Origin: Eukaryota sp. TZLM1-RC
Taxonomy: Eukaryota > Protista > Metamonada: BaSk clade
Assembly (NCBI GenBank): GCA_040285825.1
Contig: JAUPSS010000003.1
Span: 1,984,001 to 2,048,000, forward strand
Length of the DNA: 64,000 bases
Direction: 5' to 3'
Shown here: positions 10,903 through 22,799 of the stretch, one piece after another
Numbering within the stretch: position 1 is the stretch's first letter
How the letters are laid out: every line of letters starts with the position of its first letter
Position numbers and translations under genes: made by a program
The notes under the pieces: generated by a model
Databases searched by the model: none
What the model was told of the DNA's origin: nothing
What the model saw: the letters and a program-made list of their open reading frames with translations, nothing else

Positions 10903-12753
10903 ATGGGCTCTGTTCGATTACCTTGGGTATGGGCTGTTTGTTCTGTACTCTTCTTGGTCTTTATTTGCGGTCATCAGTATCACTCTCTTTCTGTCAGCTT
11001 TGATGAGGCATTTAGCTCTCTAAGTCACGATTATACATTTTTTAGTGCAAGATCTTCTTATAGACTTCATATGTATACATTCCTTCTTCTTGCTTCAATG
11101 AACCTTTTACTTCTTTTCAATTTCTTTTCTTTTCGTTTGTCTGTATTACTTCACCCATTCTATTACTACTTCATCAATTCACCTTTACGCAAATTCCTTC
11201 TTCACAAATTCCTCAAGAAGCTCGGAATTCATCCCAAGTACCATCAAGAACTTCGTCACTACATTAGCCGAGGAATTTCTTCACTCCAACCTATCCGATC
11301 GATCGGGTTTTTTGACACCGACCCCCGCCGACCTATTCATTGGAAAGATTTTAGCGAAACCACCAAGATAAACCTTCCTTGTGACAATGCTCGATATCTT
11401 TTTAAAGAATACTCTCCTCTGGTGTTTCAATCAATAAGGCAACGCTTTGGTATCACTGACGAGGCTTTTAAGCATTCTCTTTGCTCTACTGATTCTCTAA
11501 TGATTACTCCCACATCTGGAAAATCTGGTTCAATGTTCTTCTTTTCGGCAGATTCTTTCTATGTTATCAAAACAATGTCTCATTCCGAGTCACTTTTTCT
11601 CCGAAAGATTTTGTTTTCTTATTATCAGCACATGATGGCTAATCCACATTCCCTACTTACTTGGTTTCTTGGGCATTATCGGATAGAACGTAATGGTCAT
11701 AAGACTCACTTGGTGGTGATGCGTAATGTGTTTGATTCCGAACTCAAAATTCATGAGGAGTATGATTTGAAAGGCTCTACTTTTGGGCCGTGAAGTTTCC
11801 CAGAAAAGAGGAAGAGCCCAAAAGTTACTTGGAAAGATAATGATTTATTACGTAGAAGAGGGTTTAATTGTGTCAAATTGGGAAGTATAAAGAAAAAGGC
11901 ACTTTTTCAGCAATTAATAGCTGATGTTGGGTTTTTATCATCTGTAAACATAATGGACTATTCTCTACTACTAGGAATACATCATACAGACGTTTCTACA
12001 CCTGAACCCATGTCTCCACTATGTAACTCCTATGAGGGGGGCTTGGATGAAAGTGATGTGAGTATTGACCTAGATCATGAACATCCTTACCTTACCAAAG
12101 CTTATCTGTGTCAGGGTCCAAGAGCACCTGCTTTTGTTGGTCCAAAAGGGCTTACACTGTCAATGTTCCAGCTTGAAGAGGGTGGTTTTGCTTCAACTTC
12201 AGATTTCCCCCATGCTGGTTCTCGGTACTCCATTCCTATCAGCCAACGTCGCAAGACTGTTGTTGGTCGTCCTCCTCCAACAAGAACACTTCCACTAACC
12301 CCAGAGGTAGAGCGAAAGTTTAGCATTGGATCACATAATTCTGCAACTTCAAGAGCTTCTGTAGATTCTTGGGTTCAGCCAATTTTCATTTCTCCACCCA
12401 TTCACACAGATAGACCTAGTTTTGAGGGCTCTGACAGTGATCCTGACGTCTCTTCCCGTTCTTCTGACATTGCTCTTGGTGAGAGTTTCAATCCTCTCCA
12501 TGGACTCTTCAACATAAGGGACCAATGTACAAAACTAGAAAATACAAGGAAAGAGGGCCCTGAACCTGAATTAGAACGAGGAAATGAAATTTATTTCTTT
12601 GGAATAATTGATATCTTGCAAAAATATAATACTAGAAAACGACTTGAAAGTTCGGCTAAAAGTTTATTTAACAAATCTGATGCAATTTCTGCTGTTGCAC
12701 CTGAACATTATGCTAGAAGGTTTCTGAATTTTATGGATAAACTGATAGAGTAG
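10903..12753 (+). CDS. PIP kinase (PIP5K/PIP4K family) with hydrophobic N-terminal extension; one apparent stop between compensating homopolymer indels
   Basis: FKEYSP.VF..IR, SGKSGS.FF.S.D..YVIKT, YDLKGST, IMDYSLLLGIH, FGIIDILQKY; ORFs 10903 and 11878 are in the same frame; +1 T and -1 C versus the 30440-31981 copy. Confidence 0.8.
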
Positions 12754-13475
12754 TGAGTCAAATAGTCTTTTGTTTGAAATGTATATATTGTTGAATTTAA
12801 CGTTGAAAAATTCAATTAGTTTTGAATAAAATTTATTTAAGTTTACTTATTGTCAGCATTTGGATGTTTTGTTTCCATCGAAATCGATATGAACAGATAG
12901 TATTTTTAAATAATGGATCAACAAATTTCATAAATTGTAAATTAGTTAATTTTTACATCCTTAAACCCTGTCTCTTGAGATCATACAGTTTATTACTAGA
13001 GAATTTGAAAAATGAGCAAAAAAATTGATAAAACAGAAATGTATTTCAAAATTGTTTTAATTAATCAAACACCAATTCTATTTTACCAATACACTTAACA
13101 CAAATCCTAGCAGTTCGTTGCTTGCAAAAAGGAGACAATCTTCAAAGAACGCCATACCAAGCCAATGTAATGAAAAGACGACGTGAACCAATATTCATTA
13201 GACACCTTGTTTTTAATATGGATATTGGTATTTTTGCATACAAGAAATTAGAATCAGTCTCACAACAAAATGTTTTATTTTATTTTACTAATTTTTTTGT
13301 TTGCTGATGCGTTTTCAACTTCAATTGCTTTCTTTCATGTTTGGCAACAAAAAACAGTGAAATTTTGGTTAACTTGATATGAACCACTTGCAACAACAGT
13401 GTCTTGCTTTTAGTCCTATGGTATTAGAGACAATTGATTTATTTTCTATTTATATTATAAAAGCCTTTGGGCGCA
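11328..13475. repeat. Inverted duplication partner of about 29730-31865
   Basis: Near-identical reverse-complement sequence over the kinase domain and 3' flank, more diverged distally. Confidence 0.95.
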
Positions 13476-13779
13476 AATCCAATTCGATGTCAAACAATCT
13501 TTTTGAAGTTGTGTTATAAGTGTTCTCCAAAAATTGTACCTTTCAGGATCAGGATTGGTGGTGATTAGTATGGTGTTAGTTTCTACTTCAACGATAAGTA
13601 ATGATTGCAGTTATCAAACCATTACTTCACTTACAGCAAAGTGTTGCATCTTTGTTTATATAATGGTAATGGCCGTAATTGTTTGGTGTGCTGAAACTCT
13701 ATACCAATACATAGCTAAACGTCTCTTTCTTTATCCAAAAAGTATCACGTCATAGATTTAACTTTTTTTAGAATAAAAT

Positions 13780-14205
13780 ATTTATTGAATTTGCACACTT
13801 AATTAAATTAACTCATAACTAATGGGACGGCTATCATTGAACCAAGATTTCCTTTACAAAATCTTGATCTGCTTGCTGTCTAGCTAAAGCTCCTCTTATT
13901 CGATTGAAAAACCGAGGTAATCTATTAATAATGGCAAATTGAATCCGTGAACGCCATAAAAAAATATCAAATCTTTTCATTGTTTTTTCTTGAACCATTT
14001 TTTGGAAGTAATTCAAAAAAGTTTCTGCTTCATCTGATAATCTTCCATTTATCGAAAATGGGAAAACAATAAAAACCAGCTGTGTATTTCTATCAGCATT
14101 AGCCTATTCAATATCGTTGTCATAATTTCTATGTTTTTCTTTTGCTTTAAAATCAAGAGCACTCACAGGATTAAGTTTTCTTCTGTGAACCAATGTATCA
14201 TTTGC
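13780..14205 (-). mobile_element. 5'-truncated CRE family B
   Basis: QEKTMKRFDIFLWRSRIQF..EILVQ and B 3' UTR. Confidence 0.9.
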
Positions 14206-14320
14206 AACATTACATTTAACTTTGTTTACTTGTTTTACTTTCCTGATTTCTTTTATTGTGCTCATAAACTACAGAAAGCCATCATGTGTTGTAAATATTT
14301 TCGATTAACAAACATTGAAA

Positions 14321-14394
14321 TGTTTCCGCCGAGACTCGAACTCGGGACCATCTGTGTGTTAGACAGATATCCTAACCAACTAGACCACAGAAAC
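14321..14394 (-). tRNA. tRNA-Val (AAC)
   Basis: Minus strand GTTTCTG..CGGAAAC-A acceptor, TCTGT-CTAACAC-ACAGA anticodon arm, CCGAG-TTCGAGT-CTCGG T arm. Confidence 0.95.
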
Positions 14395-14709
14395 AACTGT
14401 CGTCGACCATAGCTCTAGAAATACATTGGTGCAAGCAAATATGCTATTTAATGCCTAAATATATATTCCGAATAATCTTTTTAATGTCATTAGCACTCAC
14501 AAATACCATCCTATAACTTTTCGGATGAAATTCATTGAACCAACAGTTCCACAGTCCGGTTTTGAATCGGTAGCCTTGAACTTGAATCTGCAATTCACTC
14601 AAAAGTCACTGCTTAATTGTCGAACTGTCATGAATATCAAACGTTTCCATTTTTTAAAAATACTTATATGCAACAGTACGCTTTCAAACTCCTCTCATAA
14701 TTGATACAA

Positions 14710-15155
14710 AATGTGGTTTCCTGTAATGTTGCAAATGACACTTTTATTTAAAAAAGGTAACTTAATCCTGTAAAATCTCTTAAATACAAAGCGAATGAAA
14801 AACATAGAAATTATGACAACGATATTGAAGAGGCTAATGCCGATAGAAATACACAGCTGGTTTTTATTGCTCTCCCATTTTCGATAAATGGAAGATTATC
14901 AGATGAAGCAGAAACTTTTTTGAATGACTTCCAAAAAATGGTTCAAGAAAAAACAATGAAAAGATTTGATATTTTTTTATGGCGTTCACGGATTCAATTT
15001 GCCATTATCAATAGATTACCTCGGTTTTTCAATCGAATAAGAGAAGCTTTAGCTAGACAGCAAGCAGATCAAGATTTTGTAGAGGAAATCTTGGTTCAAT
15101 GATAGTCGTCCCATTAGTTATAAGTTAGTTTAATTAAGTGTGCAAATTCAATAAA
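14710..15155 (+). mobile_element. 5'-truncated CRE family B
   Basis: B C-terminus and 3' UTR. Confidence 0.9.
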
Positions 15156-15329
15156 TAAACCCTTTTGACAGTTCTCAACTATTTCACATAATTGCTGATA
15201 AATTTTTTTGAGACAAATGAATCATCCTCTTCTTCATTTTTACCAACATCATCAACAGAAAGTCGAGAAACAGTACTATTAATTGATGTCACTGGTAAAA
15301 ATAGGCTAAAATTAAATGAGTTCTTTTTT

Positions 15330-16097
15330 ATGTTTCATTTAAGAATATGCAAAGGTTGCCGAAGCTCCATAGGACCTCTATGGTTCTGGGCATTCCCTCT
15401 TCTTCTATTTGTTCTCTTTATGTACCTTGTCATTCCTCCTGTCAATAGAGACATTAATGTGAACGACCCATCAATTTCCCATAAACATCGTGATGAAAGC
15501 GTGCCTTCATGGCTACTTATTGTTGGAGCTCTTATTTTCTCAGCCATTGTGTTACCAGTATGTTCTTCTCCCAACAGTCAAGCTATGTGTGTCATTTTTG
15601 CTGCTTTTTCATGCCTTCTCTTCTCTTATTCCATCAACCTCTTCATTGTCCATTTCCTGAAAAGCATTGTTGGCAGGTTACGTCCTGACTTTCTCTCACG
15701 GTGCATCTTAGTGGATGACATTTGCACAGGGGATCCCAGTATAGTACGGGAGGGTAGATTCAGTTTTCCCTCAGGTCATGCTAGTACTTCTTTCCATTTC
15801 TGCGCTTTTCTGTGCTTGGTGCTTTACAAAAAACTTTCAAACCATCAAAAAAATTCATTCCAACCTCCTTTCATTTACTTATACTTACCACTCGTTTGTT
15901 CGGCAATATTTGTAACTGTGTCCCGAGTTTCGGATTACTGGCATCATGTCGGTGATGTCATTATTGGTTCCTTGATTGGTATTCTGACCGGTTTTTATGG
16001 GTTTTACGTGCTGAATTCTCGATACTTGGGGTGTGATAAGATTGATGATATAGAGACTTTGATGAATGAATCTACTGTTAATTTTGATAAGGTTTAG
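15330..16097 (+). CDS. PAP2-family lipid phosphate phosphatase
   Basis: KSIVGRLRP (K-x6-RP), SFPSGH, SRVSDYWHHVGD (SR-x5-H-x3-D) and hydrophobic helices; start taken at first in-frame ATG. Confidence 0.92.
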   Translation: MFHLRICKGCRSSIGPLWFWAFPLLLFVLFMYLVIPPVNRDINVNDPSISHKHRDESVPSWLLIVGALIFSAIVLPVCSSPNSQAMCVIFAAFSCLLFSYSINLFIVHFLKSIVGRLRPDFLSRCILVDDICTGDPSIVREGRFSFPSGHASTSFHFCAFLCLVLYKKLSNHQKNSFQPPFIYLYLPLVCSAIFVTVSRVSDYWHHVGDVIIGSLIGILTGFYGFYVLNSRYLGCDKIDDIETLMNESTVNFDKV

Positions 16098-16760
16098 TTT
16101 AGTTTTATTTAGTTATTTTTATTTTTATTTTAAATTCATATTTGTATAAAATATTTCTGTTCATCATATTGTTATTCTTTAAACAATTATTTGTTATGTC
16201 AAATATAACATCAATTTCAAATAAAATTCTCACTGAATTAATCATTATTTCACCTTGATTGTTTTTTCAAAGTTTAAATTTTCATTTGGAAAATTTTGAA
16301 GTGATGTATTTGCTTCCTCTTTTCCATAAATAGCTCCAAGACCATGTTGCAATGTGAGACAGTTTATAGTGTCCAACTAGATAATATCAAAGTTTTTCTG
16401 AAATTAAGGACCAAAAGTAAACAATATTAAAAAAAGAATATCAACAGTAGGTGTGGTTTGTAAATGCACCAAAATTAATTTCCATATAATGAAGCCTGTG
16501 GGCTTTCCATATAAGGGAAAATGAAGATGATCAGCAAATTTTTGACTGAGTGAACGAATGTGAAGGAAGAACCACTGAGTCTAACATTATCAATTGGAGA
16601 CTCACAAGTTGCATGTTGCTATCAATTCTGATAAATCATATCATTTATTTTCTGAACATTATCTTTTGTTCTGGCCAATGTTTTCAGTACACGCGGTCTA
16701 CAATTATTATGAATTATTTTTGCCAGTGAGTTTAAAATATCGTAAATACTACCTAAAGTA

Positions 16761-17130
16761 GGAAATTCCAAAACATCTGAGATTCATTGTAAATTAGACT
16801 CGACCGCAATTGGATCAGCGTTAACTCAATCTTTACCACTGAAATCGCTTGTCAACATAGGCTTTCGATCATCAGGGTATATGACTAATACTATTGGGGA
16901 ACAAAACTTGTAGTTCGATTCAATTGCATAGCCAATTTCAATCAATTCATCAAAAATCTGATTTGATATTTGTAATTTTTTTGGGCTGAGGCCCCGAGCT
17001 GCTTGATGTACAATTGTATTAGTATTGTAGAATGGTCATTGTTGGACATTCGATTCATTCTTTGTTGAATTTTTCACTAAATACATCATTGTATTGAGCC
17101 AAAATATCAGACAAACTTTGATCCAGATCT
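16761..17130 (-). pseudogene. Degenerate Ty3/Gypsy pol fragment (RT N-terminus)
   Basis: Hand translation YNDVFS..ARGLSPKKL..IFDELIEIGYAIES..FCSPIVLVIYPDDRKP.LTSDFS..N...L..ISDVL matches the Gypsy RT start pattern; contains stops. Confidence 0.7.
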
Positions 17131-17800
17131 TTCTAATTGCTAAGTAAAATCTTCTTTACTACAAGAAGTTGATTCTACATGGTCAATTTGGAAAGTTTTA
17201 ATCGAATCTCATCTCAACGAGTTCAGAATTTGACGATGATGGGTAATATGACGAGTAGTGTGTCTGACATATCCCAGACATCTGTTGACCATATACAGCG
17301 CTGCTGCTGTTGGCTGCTTGGTGTGCCTGTTGCGCACAATAATTGTTGTTGCCGTAAGGGATATAGCTAGCTGAAAGTTAGAATGTGTTGGAGTGTAATA
17401 GGAGTTGAGATGAAAGACAATTTTATTTAATGTTATTCTATATATACTAAGGTACTCACTAGTGATATACCTACAAATACTAGAATTTGTGGTTATGTGG
17501 CCTTCATTCTGAACATGTACATAGGTTCAACTGGTTCAAAATCGAACAATGCTGTTTAATTGTACTTGGTCTTTAAACGTGATCTTGAAAGTTTACACAC
17601 ACTGAGGACATATCCATTGAAGAAGTGCTGAGGTGGTTATTGAACAAAAATTTCTGCTGGTTTAAATGAAATCAAATCTAAATCACTACTGTTTTGTTGC
17701 CCACTGATGTGATATTACCATAAATTGGTTATATGGATGACAATTGCAAGTAGTGTCAAACAGTCGTTTTAAAACAAGTAGCTCTTCACACTTGCTCTAG

Positions 17801-17896
17801 TGTTGGGGTTCATTGTAGTGACCAAAAAAACAGTTGATTAATGTTACACTACTGCCACATCATCACACGTGATTTGATGTTATCCAACATCTAAGA
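17801..17896 (-). mobile_element. Solo LTR of family L1
   Basis: Homologous to 29445-29555; flanked by TSD CTAG (17797-17800, 17897-17900). Confidence 0.85.
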
Positions 17897-18375
17897 CTAG
17901 ATGTTTTATGTCTCGCTAGTTCTAGCAAAACACTCTACAAAACTCAACTCTCAGATTTGAATATTCATTGTCAAACTTGTCACCATCCTCTACTACCAAA
18001 CTAATTGCATCCTATAAATCTATGATATTAAGCAAAATTGTACTTATTGTGAAAATACCACTGTGGGGCTACATTATTTTCAAAGTTCGTCAAAATCCGT
18101 CTCAACCAAAAAAGCCATGTTGACTAACATTACAACTGACTTTAATCAAGTTGTTCGTCTTCGTCACTATCAATCTCCATAATGAAATCCTTAGTACTAG
18201 GCGAAACTACTTAGTAATAATTCAACCATATCATGTGTATCAGGGTGTTCATTAAGTTATAACTTAGGTAAAGATAATCAAAAGAGAAGAGAAATTTATT
18301 TGACGATGATAGAAAACATTCACTGAAAATATATTCACTGATTATATTTGAATATCCCCATTAAAAAATTATCAT

Positions 18376-19256
18376 ATTAATTGAATTTGCACACTTGATT
18401 AAATTAAATCATAACTAATGGGACGACTATCATTGAACCAAGATTTCCTCTACAAAATCTTGATTTGCTTGCTGTCTAGCTAAAGCTTCTCTAATTCGAT
18501 TGAAAAACCGCGGTAATCTATTAATAATGGCAAATTGAATCCGTGAACGCCACAAAAAAATATCAAATCTTTTCATTGTTTTTTCTTGCACCATTTTTTG
18601 GAAGTCATTCAAAAAAGTTTCTGCTTCATCTGATAATCTTCCATTTATCGAAAATGGGAAAGCAATAAAAACCAGCTGTGTATTTCTATCGACATTTGCA
18701 TTTTCAATTTCTTTATCATATTTTCTATGTTTTTCTTTTGCTTTAAAATCCAGAGCAGCCGCAGGATTAAGTTTTTTTCTGTGAACCAAAGTATCGTTTG
18801 CAACATTACATGAGACAAAGTCAACAATAGCTTCAGAATTATCAATCCAATCACAGTATACATCACCTCTATCATCAGAACCAAAATTATTCAGAGAAAG
18901 TGTTTCCTTCAGCAGGGGCTCTTTGATACACGATATCCTTGCAGTTTGTGCCATATTGAAAACAGTGTCTCTAACAGCATCATGTAATGAAGAACGATAA
19001 GTTATCAATTTAGAGCAATTTAGAGCATGGCGCAAAGTGAGTTGAGGAGAATTCGAACAAATACATTTTTCTTTTGATAATAATTGGTTAATGGGAATGT
19101 TCAAATATAATCTCATTTTTGTTACAAATGCTTCATTAGTGGCACACAATCCAAATCTTCGTGGTACAATGGTTATAAAAAGTGAAGAATCTGACGCCTT
19201 GTTTTCACAAACACCCTTTTCCAATAACAATGAGTGAAGATCTTGATTTAAAACAG
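18376..19256 (-). mobile_element. 5'-truncated CRE family B inserted antisense into another B copy
   Basis: Open ORF 18430-19269 (CIC..HALNC, RGD..D, K..KY); CCCCATTAA..AATTAT duplicated at both ends. Confidence 0.9.
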
Positions 19257-19980
19257 CCCCATTAATCAATTATTAGCAAAAGAAAAATGTATTTGTTCGA
19301 ATTCACCTCAGCTCACTCTGCGACATGCTCTGAATTGTTCGAAATTGATAACTTATCGTTCTTCATTATATGATGCTGTTAAAGACACTATTTCAATATG
19401 GCACGAAATGCAAGACTATCGTGTATCAAAGAGCCTCTGCTGAAGGAAACACTTTCTCTGAATAATTTTGGTTCTGATGATAGAGGTGATGTATACTGTG
19501 ATTGGATTGATAACTCTGAAGCTATTGTTGACTTTGTCTCATGTAATGTTGCAAATGATACTTTGGTTCACAGAAGAAAACTTAATCCTGTGAATGCTCT
19601 TGATTTTAAAGCAACAGAAAAACATAGAAAATATGATAAAGTTATTGAAGAAGCTAATGCTGGCAGAAATACACAGCTAGTTTTTATTGCTTTCCCGTTT
19701 TAGATAAACGTAAGATTATCAATTGAAGCAGAAACCTTTTTGAATGACTTCCAAAAAATGGTTCAAGAAAAAACGATGAAAAGATTTGATATTTTTTTAT
19801 GGTGTTCAGGGATTCAATTTGCCATTATTAATAGATTACCTCGGTTTTTCAATCGAATAAGAGAAGCTTTAGCTAGACAGCAAGCAGATCAAGATTTTGT
19901 AGAGGAAATCTTCGTTCATTGAATTTTGTCCCATTAGTTATGAGTTAATTGTATTAAGTGTGCAAGATGAATAAAAAAAC
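19257..19980 (+). mobile_element. CRE family B 3' part
   Basis: ORFs 19398-19703 and 19740-19922, A tail. Confidence 0.9.
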
Positions 19981-20025
19981 ATTATGTAGATGTAGAGGTA
20001 AATTGACCTTCAACTTTACTACACT

Positions 20026-22572
20026 ATGCCCTTTACTTTGGTCGAGCTGTTATACACTTATGATGTACTGTCTTCTTTCAACGAGGGACCCATAGGTAAG
20101 GAAGTTCCTCGTAGTTTGTTGTCTCAAACGCTATCAACCTCATCCGTTCCCAGTAGCACTCTCAAAACCTGCATTTCATCACTCTCCCTCAACCTTGCCA
20201 ATATAACGTTTTCCGATGTCGTAATCCTCTTTCGGGCCATATCTCTTCTTCAGACATCTCCTCAATCCATTCCTACACGCTCCCAAATTGATTCCCTCCC
20301 CCTCTACACCCCACCCACTTTCTCCTCCATTTCTGTCTCCACTCCCCCTTCTCATGACATTCCTTCTACATCCATCTATCCTACGCCAGATGCTGTCGTA
20401 TTTGCCGCTTCTTCTTTTGATAAACTTGGAATTCAAGGTCCTGCTTCTAGACAGTCTGTGCTGCCCTTGCTTGAAATGTTCAGGTCCAGGGTTTCTGGTG
20501 ACAAGATTAAAAAATGTTGGGACCACTTCAGTAAAGGTCAAGAAATCAGTAAGGTTTCCTTCGTAGGTTTCTTTTGTTTTTTGGGTAAGATTGCCAAAGG
20601 TGAAGTTAGTGGGATTGATGAAGTTACAGAAGCCTTTAACCCTAACCCCAACCCTAACCCCAGGTCTAACCCTAACCCCCAGGTGAATACTGATTTGGAT
20701 TTAGTGATGAAAACCAGTGATCAAAGCAGCTTAACCAAGGACACTACAGAAGTTTACAAAGCTAAAGAAAGTATTAGTCCAAAGCCCAAGGAAACAGCTC
20801 AAAAACAATCAAAAATTCAACCAAATTCCACTGAAGTTGTTAAAAGTCCACCAGTAGAATCAAAACCTGTTGAATTACCAAGAAAGTATTCTATTCAAGA
20901 ATTATCTACTGAAGTACCACCATTACCAAATATAAAGTCTGTGTCACAAAATTCAAACGAGTATATTCGTCTGTTGGAAAGTAGAATTTCTAATTACGAA
21001 AAACATTATTCAAGTTTAGTGAATGATTATGAAGAATCTCGAACTATTTTACAAGAAGAACGTTCCAGGTTCGATTCCCAGTGGGAAACCTTAATTAAAT
21101 TGGAAAAAGAGAATGAAATATTAACGGAAAAAATTGCAATTATTCGAGTGAATTCCGCTGAAGTCAAGGCAAAGATCAGAATGGTCGAGACCCAGAATGA
21201 AGAACTCAGTGTCAAAAATTCTGAGTTGTCAAGACGTAAAGTTGATCTAGAGCAAGAATTACAACGAAGTTTAGTTCTACTCGAGCAGATTAAAAAAACC
21301 GAAAGTACCCTGAAAAGTGACAATATAGAACAAGAAACTACAATTAATTCATTGTTGTCAGAAATATCAGCAGTCAATTCTAATCTGGAACAATCAGTTT
21401 CCTTTTTACAGGGTTTTAAACTGCCTTCTTTAGACACAACAGTCAAGCGAATGATGTCAGTTTTTGCTGAATCTGAGCGAGTTTTGGAATCAATGTCAAT
21501 GTTCAAAAGTAGGGTTGCAGGATTTTCTTTGGATGTAGAGCATGAGAAGATTGAGAATGTTTCTCGGTTGTCCAAGCAAATTAATGTTGACGAAATGGAA
21601 TCTATGGTTCAAAGAAAAATTACTGAAAGTCACAAAGGTCGTCCAGTAGTGTTGAAATCTGAACAAAGAGCCAATGTTCAAGATACAAAAGAAGTCTCAT
21701 TAGGTCGTAAAGAATCAGCCAGTCAAGATGTTCAAGAATACAAAGAACAATGTGGGAAAGAAGTCAAGAAAACTGAAGAAAGTCAAGAGTTTTCAGATGG
21801 TTCTTTTAATTTTGAGCAAGCAGATCAAAAAGAAGTCAAAAAAACTGAAGAAAGTCAAGAGTTTTCAGATGGTTCTTTTAATTTTGAGCAAGCAGATCAA
21901 AAAGAAGTCAAGAAAACTGAAGAAAGTCAAGAGTTTTCAGATGGTTCATTTAATTTTGAGCAAGCAGATCAAAAAGAAGTCAAAAAAACTGAAGAAAGTC
22001 AAGAGTTTTCAGTTGGTTCTTTTAATTTTGAGCAAGCAGATCAAAAAGAAGTCAAGAAAACTGAAGAAAGTCAAGAGTTTTCAGATGGTTCATTTAATTT
22101 TGAGCAAGCAGATCAAAAAGAAGTCAAGAAAAATGAAGAAAGTCAAGAGTTTTCTGATGGTTCTTTTAATTTTGAGCAAGCAGATCAAAAAGAAGTCAAG
22201 AAAACGGATGAAAGTCAAGAGTTTTCAGATGGTTCTTTTAATTTCGGACAATCTGACGATTTATTTTCTACAGCTAATGTAGACGAATTTGATTTTGAAA
22301 GTGGTTTTTTTGATGATAAAGTCAAGAGTGATCAACCAACTTCAACCAAACATCTTGATGATTCAAAGGAATCTGAACGACCTCAATCTGCACCTTCCTT
22401 TTTCGATCAATCAGCTGTGGATCAATCCCATTCAAATCTCCAGGGAGCTGAATTTGAGGACCTCTTTGCATCATTTAATAGTGCCTTTTCTCCACTTTCT
22501 GTTGATGATGTTGGTAAAAATGAAGAAGAGGATGATTCATTTGCCTCAGAATTTGCATCAGCATTTATGTAA
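20026..22572 (+). CDS. Eps15/EH-like endocytic adaptor (putative), 848 aa
   Basis: Long intact ORF; divergent EH-like segment (IKKCWDHF..GQEISKVSFVGFF), central coiled coil, acidic Phe-rich tail; family assignment is inference from architecture. Confidence 0.6.
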   Translation: MPFTLVELLYTYDVLSSFNEGPIGKEVPRSLLSQTLSTSSVPSSTLKTCISSLSLNLANITFSDVVILFRAISLLQTSPQSIPTRSQIDSLPLYTPPTFSSISVSTPPSHDIPSTSIYPTPDAVVFAASSFDKLGIQGPASRQSVLPLLEMFRSRVSGDKIKKCWDHFSKGQEISKVSFVGFFCFLGKIAKGEVSGIDEVTEAFNPNPNPNPRSNPNPQVNTDLDLVMKTSDQSSLTKDTTEVYKAKESISPKPKETAQKQSKIQPNSTEVVKSPPVESKPVELPRKYSIQELSTEVPPLPNIKSVSQNSNEYIRLLESRISNYEKHYSSLVNDYEESRTILQEERSRFDSQWETLIKLEKENEILTEKIAIIRVNSAEVKAKIRMVETQNEELSVKNSELSRRKVDLEQELQRSLVLLEQIKKTESTLKSDNIEQETTINSLLSEISAVNSNLEQSVSFLQGFKLPSLDTTVKRMMSVFAESERVLESMSMFKSRVAGFSLDVEHEKIENVSRLSKQINVDEMESMVQRKITESHKGRPVVLKSEQRANVQDTKEVSLGRKESASQDVQEYKEQCGKEVKKTEESQEFSDGSFNFEQADQKEVKKTEESQEFSDGSFNFEQADQKEVKKTEESQEFSDGSFNFEQADQKEVKKTEESQEFSVGSFNFEQADQKEVKKTEESQEFSDGSFNFEQADQKEVKKNEESQEFSDGSFNFEQADQKEVKKTDESQEFSDGSFNFGQSDDLFSTANVDEFDFESGFFDDKVKSDQPTSTKHLDDSKESERPQSAPSFFDQSAVDQSHSNLQGAEFEDLFASFNSAFSPLSVDDVGKNEEEDDSFASEFASAFM
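21757..22245 (+). repeat. 72-bp coding tandem repeat, about 6.8 copies (KEVKKTEESQEFSDGSFNFEQADQ)
   Basis: Units start at 21757, 21829, 21901, 21973, 22045, 22117, 22189. Confidence 0.97.
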
Positions 22573-22799
22573 AATATTTGAGAACTTCCAAATAAAACAA
22601 TTGTAGTACTAATTGAAATGTATCGACTCTGTCTTGTTTGTAAAATTTGTCAATATGTTAACAACTATAATATCTTGATCTTTATTTAAAAGCAAGTGCC
22701 GCCAATGTTATTGGCCTTTCACATTAGAATCAACGTCATCATAGTTAAAATTGGAAAAGTTAGCCCAAGATCTGACAATTGCAAAAAGAGAATTACCAC

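Noticed and set aside
11780-11805. Programmed frameshift or readthrough in PIPK (and in A copies near 59105 and 62260-62930)
   Set aside because: All indels fall in homopolymers, typical of long-read error or decay
20637-20680. CCCTAA-like telomeric hexamers
   Set aside because: In frame within the 848-aa gene, encoding NPNPNP; short and degenerate
21757-22245. CRISPR-like array
   Set aside because: Contiguous 72-bp coding units with no unique spacers
20179-22606. Overlapping and antisense short ORFs here and throughout the track
   Set aside because: Shadow frames of real genes or elements with no motifs
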